Shown one piece after another: positions 20,081-29,176 of a DNA stretch of 64,000 nt. A program made the translations under genes and the position numbers. Below the pieces are notes generated by a model. It worked only from the letters and a program-made list of their open reading frames with translations. It was not told the origin of the DNA and did no database searches. The stretch's first letter is position 1. Every line of letters starts with the position of its first letter. The stretch is from Pirellulales bacterium (GTDB taxonomy: Bacteria > Planctomycetota > Planctomycetia > Pirellulales > PALSA-1355), in assembly GCA_963733035.1 (NCBI GenBank), contig CAVTBU010000010.1, positions 64,001 to 128,000 on the forward strand, written 5' to 3'.

Positions 20081-21448
20081 ATGTCTTCAATTCGACAATC
20101 CGCGACGGAGCTGTCCAGGTTCTTGGACAGTGGCGCGGCGCCGGTTTACGTTCTCGACGAGGACCGGCGAATTATTTTTCTGAACGCGGCTTGCGCCGAC
20201 TGGCTCGGTGTACGGGCCGATGCGCTTGTGGGGCAACAGTGCAACTATCATGCGCCGGTTGCCGACGGTTCGCCGGCCACCGTTGCCGCAGGCTTGTGCC
20301 CGCCGCCGCAGGTCTTTTCGGGCCAGGCGCAACAGGCCGTGGTGAGTTGCCCCCGCGCCGGAGGCGGCATGGTGCATCGCCGCGGATACTTTTTGCCGCT
20401 GGCCCCGGGGGAAGACGAAAGCGCCCCGGTGATGGCGGTACTTGAATGTGCGGATTGCGCGGTGGACGCTCATGCCGAAGACGGCGATTCGCCGCATGTG
20501 TTGCATGAGCAACTGCGCCGTTTCCGCCAGCGGATGGCCGGACGGTTTTCACCTGACCGGTTGGTCGGTCGGCATCCGCTCGTCAATCGTGCCCGCTCGC
20601 AAATCGAAGCGGCGGCTCGCAGCGGGGCCAGCGTGCTGATTGTCGGGCCGCCCGGATCCGGGAAGGAACACGCCGCGAAGGCGATTCACTACAGCCAAAG
20701 CGAGCCGGGCTTGCTGGTGCCGATCGATTGCGCCGTGATGGAAGCGAACCTCGTCCGCTCGACGCTGCGCACGTTGTGTGCACGCCGCGGCAGCCGACCG
20801 CCCGGCAGCACGCTGCTACTGGAAAACGTGGCCCAGTTGGCCGTCGATGCTCAGGAAGAGCTGCTGGAGATTCTTCGTGGTGGCGCTCTGCAAATGCGAC
20901 TCACGTCGACCACGTCCGTGCCGCTCGCGGAGCGGATGGCCGAAGGAATGTTCTCGCAGGAGCTGGCCTGCGCCTTGAGCACGCTGGTGCTGGAATTGCC
21001 GCCGCTGGCCGACCGGATCGAAGACTTGCCGCTGTTGGTGCAGTCGCTCGTCGAGGACTTGAACGTTGGCAAATTGCGGCAGGTCGCCGGTTTCTCGCCT
21101 GAGGCATTGGATCAACTTGCCGCCTATCCGTGGCCCGGCAACATCGACGAGCTGGGGACGATCGTGCGCGAAGTGCACGAAAAGGCGCAAGGCGTCGAAG
21201 TCTCACCGCGCGATCTTCCCAAGACGATTCAATGGGGTGCCGAGGCGGCCAGCCAGGCCAATCGCGGCGACGATGCGATTGTGCTGGAGGAATTTTTGGG
21301 CCGTGTCGAGAAGGAACTCATTGCCCGCGCCATGCGACGTTCGAAGGGAAACAAGAGCCGGGCGGCCAAGCTGCTGGGGCTCACACGCCCCCGGCTCTAT
21401 CGGCGGCTGGTCCAGTTGGGGCTCGAACAGCCCGGTGGTGCCAAGTGA
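20081..21448 (+). CDS. PAS + degenerate AAA+ + Fis-HTH transcriptional regulator (NtrC-like, lacking GAFTGA)
   Basis: N-terminal PAS-like segment, Walker A GPPGSGKE, YPWPGNIDEL, GNKSRAAKLLGLTRPRLYRRL. Confidence 0.85.
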   Translation: MSSIRQSATELSRFLDSGAAPVYVLDEDRRIIFLNAACADWLGVRADALVGQQCNYHAPVADGSPATVAAGLCPPPQVFSGQAQQAVVSCPRAGGGMVHRRGYFLPLAPGEDESAPVMAVLECADCAVDAHAEDGDSPHVLHEQLRRFRQRMAGRFSPDRLVGRHPLVNRARSQIEAAARSGASVLIVGPPGSGKEHAAKAIHYSQSEPGLLVPIDCAVMEANLVRSTLRTLCARRGSRPPGSTLLLENVAQLAVDAQEELLEILRGGALQMRLTSTTSVPLAERMAEGMFSQELACALSTLVLELPPLADRIEDLPLLVQSLVEDLNVGKLRQVAGFSPEALDQLAAYPWPGNIDELGTIVREVHEKAQGVEVSPRDLPKTIQWGAEAASQANRGDDAIVLEEFLGRVEKELIARAMRRSKGNKSRAAKLLGLTRPRLYRRLVQLGLEQPGGAK

Positions 21449-21551
21449 TGTTCAACAGCCGGCTCGACCGGCATGAGAACACGTTGGACGGCCGGTTTCG
21501 CATTCCGATTGCTCTTCTCACTGCTTGTCAAAGCCCGGCGGTATTCCTACC

Positions 21552-22028
21552 ATGAAACGCGACCTGCAACCGTTTCCGCCATCCGCGATGACCGCCAAAC
21601 CCCGCCTGATTATTTACGAAAGAATGGGCACCTGGGCCGCTCGCATGCGACCCCACGTGCCGAGCGACATGCAATTGCGCCAAACGCGCTCGTTGGACGA
21701 GTGCACCGGCGAGCTCCGGCAGGCACCCGGTAGTCTGGTGGTGGTTGAAGTGACTGACGTGAACCTCGATGAGGTGCTCGACTTGGCGTCGGACCTGGGA
21801 CAGCGGTTTCCGCACGCGCGGCTAGCGGCGGTGTCGAAACGCGGCAACGAGGCCTACGAGATGCTGTTGCGGGAAGCTGGCGCCGTGCACTTTACCACGT
21901 CGCCGCGAACGGCCGACGTCCTGGCGCGGATGGCCGTGCGACATTCGGCGCGGGTGCCACGGCCACGAACGACGCTATCGTCACAGATTTGGGAGTCGCT
22001 TCCCTGGCACGAAGCGGCCACAAGCTGA
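21552..22028 (+). CDS. hypothetical protein, receiver-like (pseudo-receiver) fold
   Basis: Beta/alpha pattern LIIYE...LVVVE...LREAGAVHF resembles REC. Start uncertain (alternative ATG at 21588). Confidence 0.6.
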   Translation: MKRDLQPFPPSAMTAKPRLIIYERMGTWAARMRPHVPSDMQLRQTRSLDECTGELRQAPGSLVVVEVTDVNLDEVLDLASDLGQRFPHARLAAVSKRGNEAYEMLLREAGAVHFTTSPRTADVLARMAVRHSARVPRPRTTLSSQIWESLPWHEAATS

Positions 22029-22151
22029 CAGGGTCGGCCGGACGCAGCCGGGTGTCGGAGGCGGCGACAAAACACGGCGGAGGCGGCGTTGCCGGTCGCT
22101 TCAGCGGTGCCCGACAGTTTTTGACATTCAACGAGGGAAGGATTTTTTGTG

Positions 22152-23228
22152 ATGGCTGAAAGCCAACTCGATCGGGCCGCCGTGACCGCGGCGCTGGACA
22201 GTTTCAACGATCCCGAGTCGGGGCGAAGTCTGGCGGCCAGCGGGCAAGTCGGCGATATCGCGATCGACGGGGGAAGCGTTACGGTGACCATTGGTTTGAC
22301 TTCGCACTCGGCGATCTTGCGAGAGGAAACCCTCGCCGCGCTGGAGAAACACTTGCGCGAGAAGCTTCCGGCCGTGGGGGACGTCTCGATCAAGGTGACC
22401 GAACACCAGCGTCCACCAGCGAAGCTGGGGCAAATCGGGCTGACGGCCAAGTCGGTCGTGGCCGTCGGATCGGGCAAAGGCGGCGTCGGCAAAAGCACGA
22501 TTGCCGCGTCGCTGGCGTTGGGACTGGCCCGCGCGGGGAGCAAGGTCGGGTTGATGGATGCCGACGTTTACGGTCCCAGCATTCCGCATCTATTGGGCGT
22601 CAATCAGCGACCGGAAGTTCAAGACGGCCGTATTCAGCCGATTGAAGTCTCGGGGCTGAAAGTCATCTCGATGGGCTTTTTGGTGCCGCCGGGCGAAGCC
22701 GTGGTTTGGCGGGGTCCGATGCTGCACGGGGCGATCACGCAGTTCTTGCGCGACACGGCCTGGGGCGATTTGGACTATTTGATCATCGACATGCCGCCTG
22801 GCACGGGCGACATTGCCTTGACGCTCTCGCAACTGTTGCCGCTCTCGGGCGCGGTGATCGTGTGCACGCCGCAAGACGTGGCGCTGCTCGACGCGATCAA
22901 GGCGGTGGCCATGTTTCGCAAGGTAAACATCCCGATCCTGGGGATGGTCGAAAACATGAGCGGTTTCGTGGTGCCCGAGACGGGTAAGCGATACGACATC
23001 TTCGGCGCCGGTGGCGCAAAGACCAAAGCGGCCGAACTTGGCATTCCGTTTTTGGGCGAAGTGCCGATCACGATCAGCATCCGCGAAGCGGGCGACGAGG
23101 GACGAACCGCGGCGAATTTCGACGACCCGCAGGCGCGGCCTTATCTGCAGACGCTGTGCGAAAACCTGGTGCGAAATCTGGCCGGATCGCGAGACCGGGC
23201 GGGCATTTTGCCGACGCTGACGCTGTAG
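22152..23228 (+). CDS. apbC: Mrp/NBP35 Fe-S cluster carrier ATPase
   Basis: GSGKGGVGKST, DADVYGPS, WRGPM, DMPPGTGD, GMVENMS. Confidence 0.93.
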   Translation: MAESQLDRAAVTAALDSFNDPESGRSLAASGQVGDIAIDGGSVTVTIGLTSHSAILREETLAALEKHLREKLPAVGDVSIKVTEHQRPPAKLGQIGLTAKSVVAVGSGKGGVGKSTIAASLALGLARAGSKVGLMDADVYGPSIPHLLGVNQRPEVQDGRIQPIEVSGLKVISMGFLVPPGEAVVWRGPMLHGAITQFLRDTAWGDLDYLIIDMPPGTGDIALTLSQLLPLSGAVIVCTPQDVALLDAIKAVAMFRKVNIPILGMVENMSGFVVPETGKRYDIFGAGGAKTKAAELGIPFLGEVPITISIREAGDEGRTAANFDDPQARPYLQTLCENLVRNLAGSRDRAGILPTLTL

Positions 23229-23301
23229 GGCTAAGGTGTCTGGTGGCAGTGGTTTAGGAGGATGCCCGGGGGCTTTTGGAAGGGTCTCGTTGAGCGGGCA
23301 T

Positions 23302-23344
23302 AAAAAACTAGAGCCGTTCGGATCTGAGGGACCCGAACGGCTCT
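23302..23344 (-). terminator. rho-independent terminator (possibly bidirectional)
   Basis: AGAGCCGTTCGG...CCGAACGGCTCT stem followed by a T6 tract on the minus strand. Confidence 0.8.
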
Positions 23345-23415
23345 TTCTCGTTGTATTCAGTGCCGCTTTTTCAAGCGGACTTCCGCGGCGAAATGTGCCG
23401 CGAGAAGAGGCGCTG

Positions 23416-23490
23416 CTACTTCTTCTTCTTCTTGGCGGCCTTCTTCTTGGGAGCCTTCTTCGCAGCAGCTTTCTTCTTCTTCTTGGCCAC
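23416..23490 (-). CDS. 24-aa Lys/Ala-rich histone H1-like micropeptide (MAKKKKKAAAKKAPKKKAAKKKKK)
   Basis: GTG start 7 nt after AGGAGG; Lys codons are AAG throughout; terminator downstream. Confidence 0.75.
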   Translation of the reverse strand: MAKKKKKAAAKKAPKKKAAKKKKK

Positions 23491-23851
23491 AGTCCGTCCT
23501 CCTAAAAAAATGTTGGCAAGATCCGTCTCGGTGACCTCCAAGTCACAAAATTGCTCCGAGCGAGTCCTACCTGAACAAAAAACAAAAGCCTTCTCGCCGC
23601 GAAGCAACAATCGCTTCGCAATTGAGAAAACTTCAAACACACCCAAGTTCAGGAAAGATCATGAGTATTATTTGTACACATTCCGAAGAAATGTGCAACA
23701 CGAATCTTGACACGAACGCAAAATTTTTTTGCGTTCGCCAGACGCCCTCGCGCGGTCAGTGATGTGCGTTTCAACAACGATCACATCGTTGCACGCGCGC
23801 TTGTTGTTCGGCGCGAGTTGCAAAGCTTGATTGCATCGCGCGAAGCCGCGC

Positions 23852-24658
23852 TTAATAAATCGCGATCGAAGTTCCATCGGCAAACGTTGCCGTTGGTTTT
23901 TTGCCGCGCTGTGGCAACCACAAAAGATGCCGTTGGGCCGGCGTGCGCGTGCGAAGGTAAAGCGTGCGAACGATCGCGCTGCTCGCCGGCGCGTGCGATG
24001 GACCTTCGCTTGTCCAGGTGCCCAAAATATCGCGCCATGCCCGGCCCCGATGGCGAAAACGTATGTGGATCGGATCGAATCCGTACCAGGTCGGGCAATG
24101 CTCGGCGGTCGCACAGCCGCGCTCGGCCGTTAATCGCCGCACCACCTCGTTGAGCGCGAAAGCGCGTCGGGTAGCTTCGGCCAACGTGATACGGCTCGAC
24201 GGAAAAAACAGCGTGCGCAGCATGCCGAATCGTGCCGGCCCGAGCGCGTGCAGGTTGTCGACCGGCAGCAGCGTGACCGTGGTTTTTGCCTCCAGCGCGG
24301 CGAGCCGATCGAGGCATCTCGCAACCCACTCGGCGATTCGAGCGACCGGCTCCTCGTACAGCAAGTCGTTGCCGATATCGGTCACCAGGGCGGCTGTCGG
24401 CAGGGGATCGGCGGCCGTCAAATCGGGCCACAGGTCGCACGATTCGATACCCGGCAGCCGCATGCCGACGAAACGCGTGGTTCGGCCGTAGGAGCGTCCG
24501 TGTCCGAGGGCGGCAAAAACTTGTTGCGGGCCGCCCCACACCCGATCGGCCGTTTCCAGCACCGTGCCGATGCCCTTGGTCAGATTGCTCGCACCCAGGA
24601 GCACCACGCGCCGCTTGGGGGCAGGTGGCCGCGGCGCGCCTTTTCGGCGGCGGATCAC
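23852..24658 (-). CDS. SGNH/GDSL-like hydrolase family protein
   Basis: LLGASNL, TDIGNDL, FDPIH blocks; GTG overlaps the upstream stop. Confidence 0.65.
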   Translation of the reverse strand: MIRRRKGAPRPPAPKRRVVLLGASNLTKGIGTVLETADRVWGGPQQVFAALGHGRSYGRTTRFVGMRLPGIESCDLWPDLTAADPLPTAALVTDIGNDLLYEEPVARIAEWVARCLDRLAALEAKTTVTLLPVDNLHALGPARFGMLRTLFFPSSRITLAEATRRAFALNEVVRRLTAERGCATAEHCPTWYGFDPIHIRFRHRGRAWRDILGTWTSEGPSHAPASSAIVRTLYLRTRTPAQRHLLWLPQRGKKPTATFADGTSIAIY

Positions 24659-25401
24659 CGATAGCCTCCCCAACCGCCACCGCGGCCGCTGAAGGCCTGA
24701 ATGGCCATGTAGCTGTTGTAGGCCAAATAGCCACAGAAGAAGGTCAGGAAGGCATCGTGCAGTCGAACCCAGGCCAGCACGCCGGCACCAGCCGCTACGA
24801 AGACCGACAGCCAGAGCGACATCTGCAGACCGTCGCGCGGTTGGATCGATTGCAGAATCTCTTGCGAAATCTTGCCGCCGTCGAGCGGCCAGATCGGCAA
24901 AAGGTTCACGAGCCCCCAAAAGATGTTCACGTAGAGCAAATCGACGATGAGCCGATTGAGGTTGTCGTTGCTGAAATATACGAAGCGAACGGGCAGGATT
25001 GTTTCCGGCCAACCCATGGCCACTCGATGACCCGAAGCGACGATTAGCGCCACGATTAGTCCCGCGAAGAGAAAGCCGGCCAACGGCCCCGCAAACGAAA
25101 TGGCGATCTGCTTAAGCGCGCTGCGATCGGTGGGACGATAGGACGCCAGTCCGCCAAAACTATAGAGCGTGATCCAGGGTGCCCAGCCGTAGGCCCGCGC
25201 CACCAAGGCATGACCCATTTCGTGGACCACGACGGAGACGAAGACCGCGCCCACCCACAGGATCATCTCCAGCGGTTGTTCGTTGGCGCACACCCCGAGG
25301 AAGGCGGCCACCAGCCAGAACAGCGGATGCACGCGAATCGGAATGCCGAACGCGCGGAACCGCAGGTCGTAGGCGGTTTGTGGGGGCTCGTTGAAGATCA
25401 C
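24655..25401 (-). CDS. site-2 protease (M50) family membrane metalloprotease
   Basis: HEMGH, AGP, NLLPIWPLDGG. Confidence 0.92.
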   Translation of the reverse strand: MIFNEPPQTAYDLRFRAFGIPIRVHPLFWLVAAFLGVCANEQPLEMILWVGAVFVSVVVHEMGHALVARAYGWAPWITLYSFGGLASYRPTDRSALKQIAISFAGPLAGFLFAGLIVALIVASGHRVAMGWPETILPVRFVYFSNDNLNRLIVDLLYVNIFWGLVNLLPIWPLDGGKISQEILQSIQPRDGLQMSLWLSVFVAAGAGVLAWVRLHDAFLTFFCGYLAYNSYMAIQAFSGRGGGWGGYR

Positions 25402-25502
25402 GCTTGGAGAATCTCCCTGGAGAGTGCGAGCGAATGAGATGCTTATGATCAGACGCCAAGAATGGCTCGCCGCCTGAATTGTACACCACCTCGAGTTTCA
25501 GT

Positions 25503-26777
25503 TCAGGCGGCGGCCGAATGCTCCGCGGTGTGGGGTGCTGACGTGGCCGTGGGTGCGGGGGGCACGAAATGCGGCGTAGGCACCGGCGCCGGTCGTCGGG
25601 CGAGCTCGGCCAAGATATGTCGTGCCGCGGCCTGCGTGGCGCCGCCATGAGCTACTTCGGTTTTGAGCCTGGCGAGTCGCTCGACGAGCGCCTGGCGCTT
25701 GGGACGATCGGTCAGCCACTCAACGACGTGCGCGGCCAATTGCCGAGACTTGTCCTCGCAGGTCACGTACTCTGGAAACAACACCTCGGCGTTTTCGCCT
25801 GCATCGGGATCATAGGTCGTGGCGTCACCGTCGAACGCATCCTCGGCCGAGAGCAGATTGACCAGCGTGATGTACTTCACGCGGCGGTAGCGACGTTGCA
25901 GGGCGTACCCCAGCGGCGAAATCCAATACAGGATCGCCGTTGGCTTGCATTGGTAGAGCAGCTCCAGCGAAACCGAGCCCGAGACGGCCAGGCAACAGTC
26001 GGCCAGGCGAATCAGCTCTGGAGTCCGTTTGACAAATACCGGAATCTCGAGCCCGCTGGCGGCCACGGCAGCCCGCGCCATTTCGGCCTGGTGCGGTTTG
26101 AAGGCCGCAATCGCGAAGCGCACCGTTGGCACCTGCGCTTGGATCAGCCTGGCGGCCTGCAAAAAATGCCTGAGGTTGTGCTCGACTTCCTGCGTTCGCG
26201 AGCCTGGCAGAATCGCGACCAGCGGCCGCTGAGGATCTTGCCGCGCGGCCAAGAATTCCGCGTCGAACTGCTGTCGGCGGACTTCGTCGAAATAGGGGTG
26301 GCCGACAAACGTGGCGTTGGCGCCGCGCTCGGCATACCAACGGGCTTCGAACGGCAGGCTGCAAAGCACGTGATCGACAAACTTGCGCACCTTGCGAATT
26401 CGCCAGGAGGCCCAGGCCCAGATTTGCGGCGGCGCGAAATAGAATACGGGAATGCCGTGCGCCTTGGCCCGCCGCGCGATCCACCAATTGAAGCCGGGAT
26501 AGTCGACGAGCACGACCGCGTCGGGGCGTTGATGGCGGAAGTAGCGGTCGGCCCGGCCGGCCAAGGCCAAGAACTTATGGATGTTAAGAATCACCCGCAA
26601 GATCCACATCACGGCCAGGGCCGTCAGGTCGGTGTGCAACTTGCACCCGGCGGCGGCCATTTCTGGTCCACCGTAGCCGACCGCTTCGATGCCCGGGTCG
26701 AGCTCGCGCAGTCTGCGAATCAAATTTGCGCCGTGCAAATCGCCGCTGGGTTCGCCGGCCGAGAAAAAGATCTTCAT
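25503..26777 (-). CDS. lpxB: lipid-A-disaccharide synthase
   Basis: SAGEPSGDLHG, DYPGFN, PQIWAW, FVGHP, LPGSR. Confidence 0.95.
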   Translation of the reverse strand: MKIFFSAGEPSGDLHGANLIRRLRELDPGIEAVGYGGPEMAAAGCKLHTDLTALAVMWILRVILNIHKFLALAGRADRYFRHQRPDAVVLVDYPGFNWWIARRAKAHGIPVFYFAPPQIWAWASWRIRKVRKFVDHVLCSLPFEARWYAERGANATFVGHPYFDEVRRQQFDAEFLAARQDPQRPLVAILPGSRTQEVEHNLRHFLQAARLIQAQVPTVRFAIAAFKPHQAEMARAAVAASGLEIPVFVKRTPELIRLADCCLAVSGSVSLELLYQCKPTAILYWISPLGYALQRRYRRVKYITLVNLLSAEDAFDGDATTYDPDAGENAEVLFPEYVTCEDKSRQLAAHVVEWLTDRPKRQALVERLARLKTEVAHGGATQAAARHILAELARRPAPVPTPHFVPPAPTATSAPHTAEHSAAA

Positions 26778-26849
26778 CGCGTGCTCGAGGTGCTCAACAG
26801 GGATGCCTTGCAGGAAAATCGTGCCGGTGAAGGTTTGCCGAGCCGTGGG

Positions 26850-27647
26850 TCACGCCGAATCGTGCGGTTTCTTTTCCACCGGATGAACGAACGGTTGCAC
26901 GAAGGGGCGCGGCTGCGCGACGTCCAGCCTGGGGGGCACCGAATCGGGCGTGGCGCCGCCGTCGTCGAAGTCGCGCGGCAGCTCGCTGGCCAGATGCGGT
27001 TCGAATCGCCGCGCGAACCACCAGGCTGCCAGTCGATCGACGATGCCGGCGTGATAGGTGGTTCCCTGCGGCAACAGTCCATCGGCCAGGGTGACGCGGC
27101 ACACACGCTGACCGCGCCGCGCCATCAAAGCTTCAAAACAGCGGAACGATCCGGGCGCGAGCGACATTCCCTGGACCGCCGGACGCTTGGCAGCCCACAG
27201 CAGTTCTTCGCCGGCATGCAACCGCGACGAGCCGGTCAGCAAGCGAACCCACCGCAGCAGACATTGCCAGGTATCATGGATGAGCGTGCCTTGCCGACTG
27301 GTTACGGCCACGTCGTAGCGCGACAGCCGGGAGAGAAGCTGAGAGACGAGTGGCTGGTGTTCGCGAGGCCCCATCGCCATCACGATTCTGCCTCTGGCCG
27401 CCGCCATTCCCGCGGTAAGAGCGGCCGCCAGGCCTCGCGGCTCGTCGAACCGCAAGATTCGCAGATGCGCATCGCGCCGCAACAACTCTTGCAGGCGCTC
27501 GATAGCTGGCTGCGATGATGCGTCGTCGATGCAGATAATCTCGTAGGGCAGAAGCAGGTCGTCGAGCGTCTGGCAGAGTTGCGGCAATCGTTGGCCGACG
27601 TCGTCGGCCGCGTCCCGCTGGGGGATTAAAACCGAGTAGTGAACCAT
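26850..27647 (-). CDS. degenerate GT2 (ArnC/DPM-like) glycosyltransferase
   Basis: YSVLIP, YEIICIDDAS, GLAAALTAG; DxD motif absent. Confidence 0.7.
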   Translation of the reverse strand: MVHYSVLIPQRDAADDVGQRLPQLCQTLDDLLLPYEIICIDDASSQPAIERLQELLRRDAHLRILRFDEPRGLAAALTAGMAAARGRIVMAMGPREHQPLVSQLLSRLSRYDVAVTSRQGTLIHDTWQCLLRWVRLLTGSSRLHAGEELLWAAKRPAVQGMSLAPGSFRCFEALMARRGQRVCRVTLADGLLPQGTTYHAGIVDRLAAWWFARRFEPHLASELPRDFDDGGATPDSVPPRLDVAQPRPFVQPFVHPVEKKPHDSA

Positions 27648-27855
27648 AATGCAGCCCTGCCACTCATTAGGGTGCCAAGTCCGTTGGCGAGTCGTGGCGC
27701 GACGGGGAGTATCCCAAATCCGTGCGGCGGTCGTAAAGTGCAGTTTTTGTGCCGCCCGCTGCTTTGTGTGAGGTGCAGGTGAAAGAAAAAATCGCTGAAA
27801 AGCGTGACGCATTGAGTGGAGGACAACAGGGCGGAACGAAGCAGGGCAAAGTCAC

Positions 27856-27892
27856 AAAAAAAGGGTCGGGAGTCTTGGCGACTCCCGACCCT
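27856..27892 (-). terminator. terminator / REP-like hairpin
   Basis: AGGGTCGGGAGTC-TTGGC-GACTCCCGACCCT perfect 13-bp stem; T7 tract on the minus strand. Confidence 0.8.
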
Positions 27893-27917
27893 GTCGGTAT
27901 TTCGGCACACTGGGTGC

Positions 27918-28355
27918 TTACTTTTCGGCGGTCTCGAAGCCCTTGCTGGTGTTCTTGAACAGCAAGCCAATCAGTTCGTCGCCTTCGACCTTCTTGGCCT
28001 TGGCCAAGCAGCCGCCACAGCAGAGCTTCACCTTGACGCCCTCAACGGAGACGACTTTGTCGTCGGCCATCGGACGGCCCGTCAATGGGCACTTGACCTG
28101 CTTCAGTTGACCGCTTTGCACCAATTGCAGGTTGGCTTTGGCGGCAAACTTCTCAGGGTTGGCGTTGAAGGCCTTCGGGCAATTGGGACAGCAGAATTCC
28201 ACTTCGCCGCCATTGAACGCCACCTTGTGGTCGGCACTGGCGGGCTTTCCCGACACGGGGCACTTCAATTCGGCCTTTTCGTCGGCCGCTCGCAACGTAC
28301 TCACAGCAAACATCGATACGACCGCCAAGGCGGCCAACAGCATACGCGTCTTCAT
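27918..28355 (-). CDS. exported protein with two YHS/TRASH-like Cys modules (metal-binding)
   Basis: Signal peptide; CPVSGKP...FCCPNC and CPLTGRP...LCCGGC. Confidence 0.85.
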   Translation of the reverse strand: MKTRMLLAALAVVSMFAVSTLRAADEKAELKCPVSGKPASADHKVAFNGGEVEFCCPNCPKAFNANPEKFAAKANLQLVQSGQLKQVKCPLTGRPMADDKVVSVEGVKVKLCCGGCLAKAKKVEGDELIGLLFKNTSKGFETAEK

Positions 28356-28553
28356 AGAATCGTCCTTTCCTAACAGGAGAAGATAAGTTCAACCGCACGG
28401 TCTTGGCCAAATACGGCGCCGACAAGTTCGAGTCAAACGCGACAACTCAGCCAGAGACCGACAACCGATTTCGAAACGAAATTACCACAATAGAGCTGTC
28501 CCGATCTTGGACTGCGCCCGCAATTGCGGGGGCAAGAGCCGGGACGAGAAGCG

Positions 28554-29024
28554 TCAAACTGTCCAGCGACAGTAGATCTTGTGCAGGGCAATGTCGGGCG
28601 GTTCGACCTGATGAGTCACCCAGGCTCCCGCGACTGCGAGCTGCGAAGCGGTGCCGCAGAACCGGGCGACGGCAATCACGCTTGAATGCTTCTGGTGGGT
28701 TTCGACTTGGTCTTTGCCGGTGACGATGGCCGGCTCGAGGCTGATCGTCTTGCAACTACACGGGGCGTCAGTCGCGCGAGGCGACTCGTTGGCGACCGAG
28801 TCGGTCGTGGTCGTTTTTCCAGCTTCGGCACAGCAGGAACGTTGGGTTTCCTGACAGCAGGCCGGGAGCTCCTCGGTTTCGGTTCGAGGGCCGCAACAGC
28901 AACTTCCGCCGCCGGCGATCGCTCCGGTTTTGCAACAGCGGGGCATGGCGCCCAGCACGGGCGCGGCGATCAGGCTGACAGCCAGCAGCGCCACGCCAAA
29001 TTGCCGAACCAGTCGAGTGAGCAT
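28554..29024 (-). CDS. exported Cys-cluster-rich hypothetical protein (candidate regulatory leader)
   Basis: Signal peptide, CC/CCC/CC/CC/CxC clusters, C-terminus HKIYCRWTV. Confidence 0.7.
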   Translation of the reverse strand: MLTRLVRQFGVALLAVSLIAAPVLGAMPRCCKTGAIAGGGSCCCGPRTETEELPACCQETQRSCCAEAGKTTTTDSVANESPRATDAPCSCKTISLEPAIVTGKDQVETHQKHSSVIAVARFCGTASQLAVAGAWVTHQVEPPDIALHKIYCRWTV

Positions 29025-29176
29025 ATGTGCGATTATTGCATTGTTGCCGGTGTGTTGAGCACAGCGGCAGTATTGTCGGCCAGTTTAACCCGCAAAGTCA
29101 AGCAACTTTGCCCTACCTGACGCGTTTGTTGGAAAAAGCCGCCACGTGGTTGTCCGGCCGGGGCCGCCCGGGGGCG

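Noticed and set aside
23416..23646. 76-aa version of the Lys-rich ORF
   Set aside because: The strong RBS directly precedes GTG 23490, and the upstream part looks like UTR.
25569..27518. 649-aa plus-strand ORF, and other long antisense ORFs such as 34253-35863, 11478-12845 and 59027-60463
   Set aside because: Shadow frames opposite well-supported genes, expected in high-GC DNA; no motifs.
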